The position numbers and the translations under genes were made by a program. A model generated the notes under the pieces. It saw only the letters and a list, made by a program, of their open reading frames with translations. It ran no database searches and had not been told where the DNA came from. A stretch of 53,378 nt of DNA, filler included, from Bipalium vagum (Eukaryota): assembly GCA_037834085.1 (NCBI GenBank). It is 3 parts of 3 records of this genome, joined end to end, with 100 filler letters (N's around TTAATTAATTAA, not from the genome) between each part and the next. Parts side by side here need not be neighbours in the genome. Positions count along the whole stretch, not along the records: positions 35,330 to 53,378 come from JBBMKC010042796.1; 2 more parts are not named here. One strand, written 5' to 3'. Below are positions 49,397 to 53,378 of this stretch, one piece after another (within the stretch, counting starts at the first letter, position 1; each line of letters opens with the position of its first letter).

Positions 49397-50070
49397 TTAA
49401 CGGTTTGATTTGGCAACTCTTTCTAACTCGTCTTTCTTTTTAATGGCATAGGAATTTGAGCTTCCTTTTGCAGCATTAATTAATTCATCGCTCAAGCATT
49501 CAGCAATAGTTTTGCTGTTACGGAATGCAGCTTCTCTAGCACCTGTGCACAACAGTGAAATAGCTTTGTTGACTCTTCTTAAAGGGGAAACGTCAACAGC
49601 TTGTCTTTTTACAGTTCCACCTCTTCCAATTCTGGTACTATCTTCACGTGCTCCACTGTTTGATATAGCATTTACTAAAATTTGAACTGGATTCTGAAAT
49701 TTAAAATGTAATAATTAGATATTAAAAGATTATTAATCTTACTTCTCCGGTCATCATATTAATTAATTCAAAAGCGTGCTTAATAATGTTATTTGCTTTT
49801 ATCTTTTTCCCGTTATTTCTACCGTGCATCATTAAAGAGCAGGCAAATCTTTCAACAATTGGGCATTGGGCTTTTCTAAACCTTTTTGTCTGATATCTAC
49901 CAGCTGTGTGTGGAATGATCTTTGCATATTTACCACTATAGTTTATGTAATCCTTAAATAGTTAATTAAGTATACAAAAAGCAAAATATTACTGTCAAAG
50001 ATAAGTCAGTTGTTTGAACGTCATCAGTTGACCATTTGTTATAAAGTTTAAAATCTGAAGAATCCATCAT
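49397..50070 (-). CDS. RPS5: 40S ribosomal protein S5 (uS7). Exons 50070-49993, 49952-49743, 49693-49397; 194 aa
   Basis: Two short GT-AG introns (40 and 49 nt). [52 protein letters not shown] and [29 protein letters not shown]. Confidence 0.97.
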
Positions 50071-51339
50071 TTGTATTACTATGTTAGTTTTCAAACATAA
50101 AATTTAAACAAATTTATTTATTTTTACATTTATTAGGATTAAAATATATTTTAATATTTTAAAATTGTTTAACTCTAAATTTCAAGATAAACTTTTTAAT
50201 AAAAAAATATGTATTAAAATAAAATGTGTATTTAATTTTTTATTTTTCTTTAAAAAATAAGGTAAAATTATTAATAATTTCGATTATACTAAGAATGTTT
50301 TTAGTCTGAATATCACACCATCAATTTTATAACTAAACTTATACTTTATAAAAATTTAGAAAAAATAAAAATTATAAAATTAAAATTTTTAATAATTCAT
50401 AAGTTTAGTAATGATTTAAATAAAATTGAACAATTATTGATTTTAAAATCATTAGTTTAACGTTTTTTGACATTAATATTAAAATTAAGTTATTGAATGA
50501 GAGTATTTTTTTATATTAAAAATTAAAATAATAGGTAAATTTAAAAAACAATACTTTATTGAATTAAATATATTCAATTTTATTCGATAACCTTTCGCTA
50601 TTTATATGGTAAATTTCTTATTCCATCACTGTTAAATTTCTGAGACTTAATAAAAAAAGTCTACAATGCACAGTCTTCTTTTGAAATTATTGAAACCTTA
50701 TTAAGAAAATTCTGCAGAAAAGATCAATCGATAATCGACAGTACTGAATCTACTATATACACAGTGTTTGGTTTTCAGTTCTCAATAAAATATAGAAAAT
50801 AATAATAGCTAATAATAAATTTTAATATTAGTATAATAATGATCAATGGGAATTTTTCATCTCATTTTTCTATAAAATTTTAAGACAGTGACAGCTGTCA
50901 AAGAAAAAGATAAATTTTCTTCTAAATATTCTTCCCTAATGAACTTATAGATAATTCTCTGATAATCAGCTGTTACTGTCTAAATTAATGGTGTTTAAGA
51001 TCTCCATGCAGCAGTACAAAGCTGTTAATTATTGAATTAAATTGTAGAATTCATTGGATTGAACCAAATTGTGTTGTAATAGAATCAAAACTAAATTGTG
51101 CAAATATGTTTGCACATGGTTCCAATGACGTTCGGCTATTTGGAGAATTGTCAGAATTAGGAATAAAGTATTGTCAAGAAGCTTATAAAGATTTTGTGAT
51201 CGTAAGGTAAACAAGAATAATTTTAAAGTTTGAAACAAAGTGATGATAGAATTTCCAGTACAAAAACATGGATTAAGTACTAAGTGAAGTAGAAAATATA
51301 GAAAACCATGCGAAATCGGCAGCTCTAGAATGGAAAAAA

Positions 51340-52230
51340 ATGTTAGTCATTTTCGAGGTTCTGAACGTTATCAAAGGTAACGCCTCGCAAATTGTTAGGT
51401 AGAGAGTGGAACAGGTGATAGTCGGTAGGAGAAAGATCCAGGATTATGGAGGATGCTGAAGATCCTCCCAGTATTTTTGCCATGCGAGATGGTGCGTTGT
51501 CATGAAGCAAAATCACTTGACCTTTTTGATTTGGTCTTTTCATTTGGATTTAGACGGTGCAGCTGAGCAACGTTGTGATTCTTGTCGGCAGTTTTTTTTT
51601 CTTGAGAGTTTCCCAGTGCAATAGTCTCTCACTGTCCCAACAAACAAAAATCATTGTCTTTCTTGGATGCAGATCTTGTTTCACTCTTGGCTTTGGCGTC
51701 TTTCCCGGTGCGACCAATTGCTTCCTTTGTTTCAAGTTGATATAAAAGCAATTTTTTCATCTCCTGTGACGATTCTATACAATATTCTTTGTTTGTGACA
51801 TCGTGACGATTGATGGCGAGTAAGATGCTGGTGATCTCGATCCTCTTTTCCTTATTTTTTGCAGTGAGTTTATGAGGCACCCACGAATCCATTTTTTGGG
51901 TAAAACTCATGGATTTAAAATGACGGGATATTGTTGTTCCGATACAGTGCATAATTCCAACGATTTCTCGGCATGTTTGACGGTCATCCTTCTCTAAAAG
52001 TTCCTTGAGACACTCCTTATCGAAATCCGAATGACGACTAATCCAGTTCAAATTTCCAATATTCACTTAGCCATTTTTGAATTTTGCGTAACATTTCCTA
52101 GCAGTAGATTCAGCAAAGTGGCACCATTTCCGTACACAATGCAAATCTCCCAAGTTGCTTCGGAAGCATTTTTGCCTCGATGATAGGCTAAGAAAAGAAC
52201 ATGTTTATTTTTTCAGCTGGGATAATCCAT
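51340..52230 (-). mobile_element. Decayed mariner, related to the 11110-11993 copy
   Basis: WVPHKLT, APGKTPKPRVKQDLHPRKTMIFVCWD, VILLHDNAP and DLSPTDYHLFHSL, with frameshifts. Confidence 0.9.
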
Positions 52231-52427
52231 TTTATAAGTCTAAAAATAATTCTTTATTAACTATTTATAGATTATTTTCAAATATATTTATTATTAGTTA
52301 TTATATTTTCTATAATAACTAAATAAAAAAGAAGCTTTACTACTTTTAACATATTAAACACTAAGTAGTTTTTGTTTAAATAAATTAGTATTTTATATTA
52401 TTCTACCTAAACATTTAAAAATTAAAT

Positions 52428-53365
52428 ATGGATCTTTATAATATGCAACAACGCGTAGAAATTGTCAAAATATTTTATCAAAGTGATAGTTCAATTTCAG
52501 TAACCGTTAAAAAATTTAATGCAAAATTTAGGAAAAATAAATTTCCATAAAAACCAACAATTTATAGCCTGGTTAATGCTTTTGAAGCATTTGGATCGGT
52601 AGCAGATAGACCAAAATCTGGATGACCTCGATACCTGAAAATATTGCAAGTACACGAGAAAACATTGAAGACAATAAATGCACCTCAATCAGTCATAGAG
52701 CACAGGAATTAAACCTCTCAAAATCCAGCTTGTCGCGGATAATGCATGAAGATTTGCATATGAAAATGCACCTCAATCAGTCATAGAGCACAGGAATTAA
52801 ACCTCTCAAAATCCAGCTTGTCGCGGATAATGCATGAAGATTTGCATATGAAAGCCTATAAGCTTACAGTAGTTCAGAAGCTTAAAGAATCAGACCATCA
52901 AATTCTCCTGAATTATTGTAATTGGTTGTTAGAAAGATCAATTGCGTATCCTCGTTTTTGGGAAAAATCATTATGACTGATGAAAGTCATTTTCACTTCA
53001 GTGAAGGTGTTTTTAATAAACAAAATTGTCGAATTTGGGCAACAAAGCAGCCCTATTTTTTAAAGGAAGAAGTGTTACATTAGCCAATAGTTACTGTATG
53101 GTGTGGAATATTGGCAAGAGGTGTAATTGGTCCATACTTTTTGGAAAATGCGGCAGGTAAAGCAGTTACAGTAACGGGAGAGAGATATCGACACATGATA
53201 GAAATATTCCTTGAGCCTTATCTGAATGATTTTAATGTGGAGAATATTTACTTTCAGCAAGATGGTGCCACATCCCATACAAATAGAAAAACAGTATGCA
53301 TTATTACACGAAACTTTTCCATCTGGCGGGATCTCAAGTTTCGGTGATGTTGATTGGCCTTCCAG
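52428..53365 (+). mobile_element. Decayed Tc1/mariner transposase, DD41D (rosa)-like, truncated at window end
   Basis: YNMQQRVEIVKIFY, DLHMKAYKLTVVQKL, IMTDESHF, NKQNCRIW, VTVWCG, GVIGPYF, FQQDGATSH and GDVDWPSR. Confidence 0.85.
52676..52851 (+). repeat. Exact 88-bp tandem duplication inside the rosa-like transposase
   Basis: 52676-52763 is repeated at 52764-52851, with a short A-run at the junction. Confidence 0.92.
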
Positions 53366-53378
53366 ATTATTATTATTA
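53366..53378. repeat. (ATT)n tract at right end of window
   Basis: ATTATTATTATTA, read directly. Confidence 0.85.

Noticed and set aside
2455-50070. Alternative genetic code or stop-codon readthrough
   Set aside because: The spliced host genes translate without internal stops in the standard code; in-frame stops occur only in decayed transposons.

Overview
Very AT-rich, intron-containing animal genomic DNA, not prokaryotic, so most of the supplied ORF track is exon fragments or noise. The AT content, 40-70 nt short introns and mariner load would fit a free-living flatworm, but the organism cannot be fixed from sequence alone. Splicing by hand gives six host genes. LDB/Chip (+, 9 exons, 594 aa) lies tail-to-tail with the last three exons of an unidentified gene (-). 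A Ubc12/UBE2M-like E2 enzyme with a ~350 aa C-terminal extension (-, 6 exons, 516 aa) lies head-to-head with a DNA2-like gene that shows only the N-terminal part and lacks the motif-I His (+). CLN3/battenin (+, 14 exons, 415 aa) lies tail-to-tail with a divergent RPS5/uS7 (-). Most of the rest is decayed transposons: several mariners, DD34E, DD37E, DD41D and pogo-like Tc1/mariner elements, hAT, Gypsy fragments and long solo-LTR-like repeats, two of them inserted into mariners. Two 100-bp spacers (N44-TTAATTAATTAA-N44) are assembly artefacts, and both window ends are outward-facing (TTA)n tracts. I found no unambiguous new system. The best leads are the extended Ubc12-like E2 and truncated DNA2-like pair, the hidden LDB tail exons and their unannotated neighbour, and the divergent RPS5.
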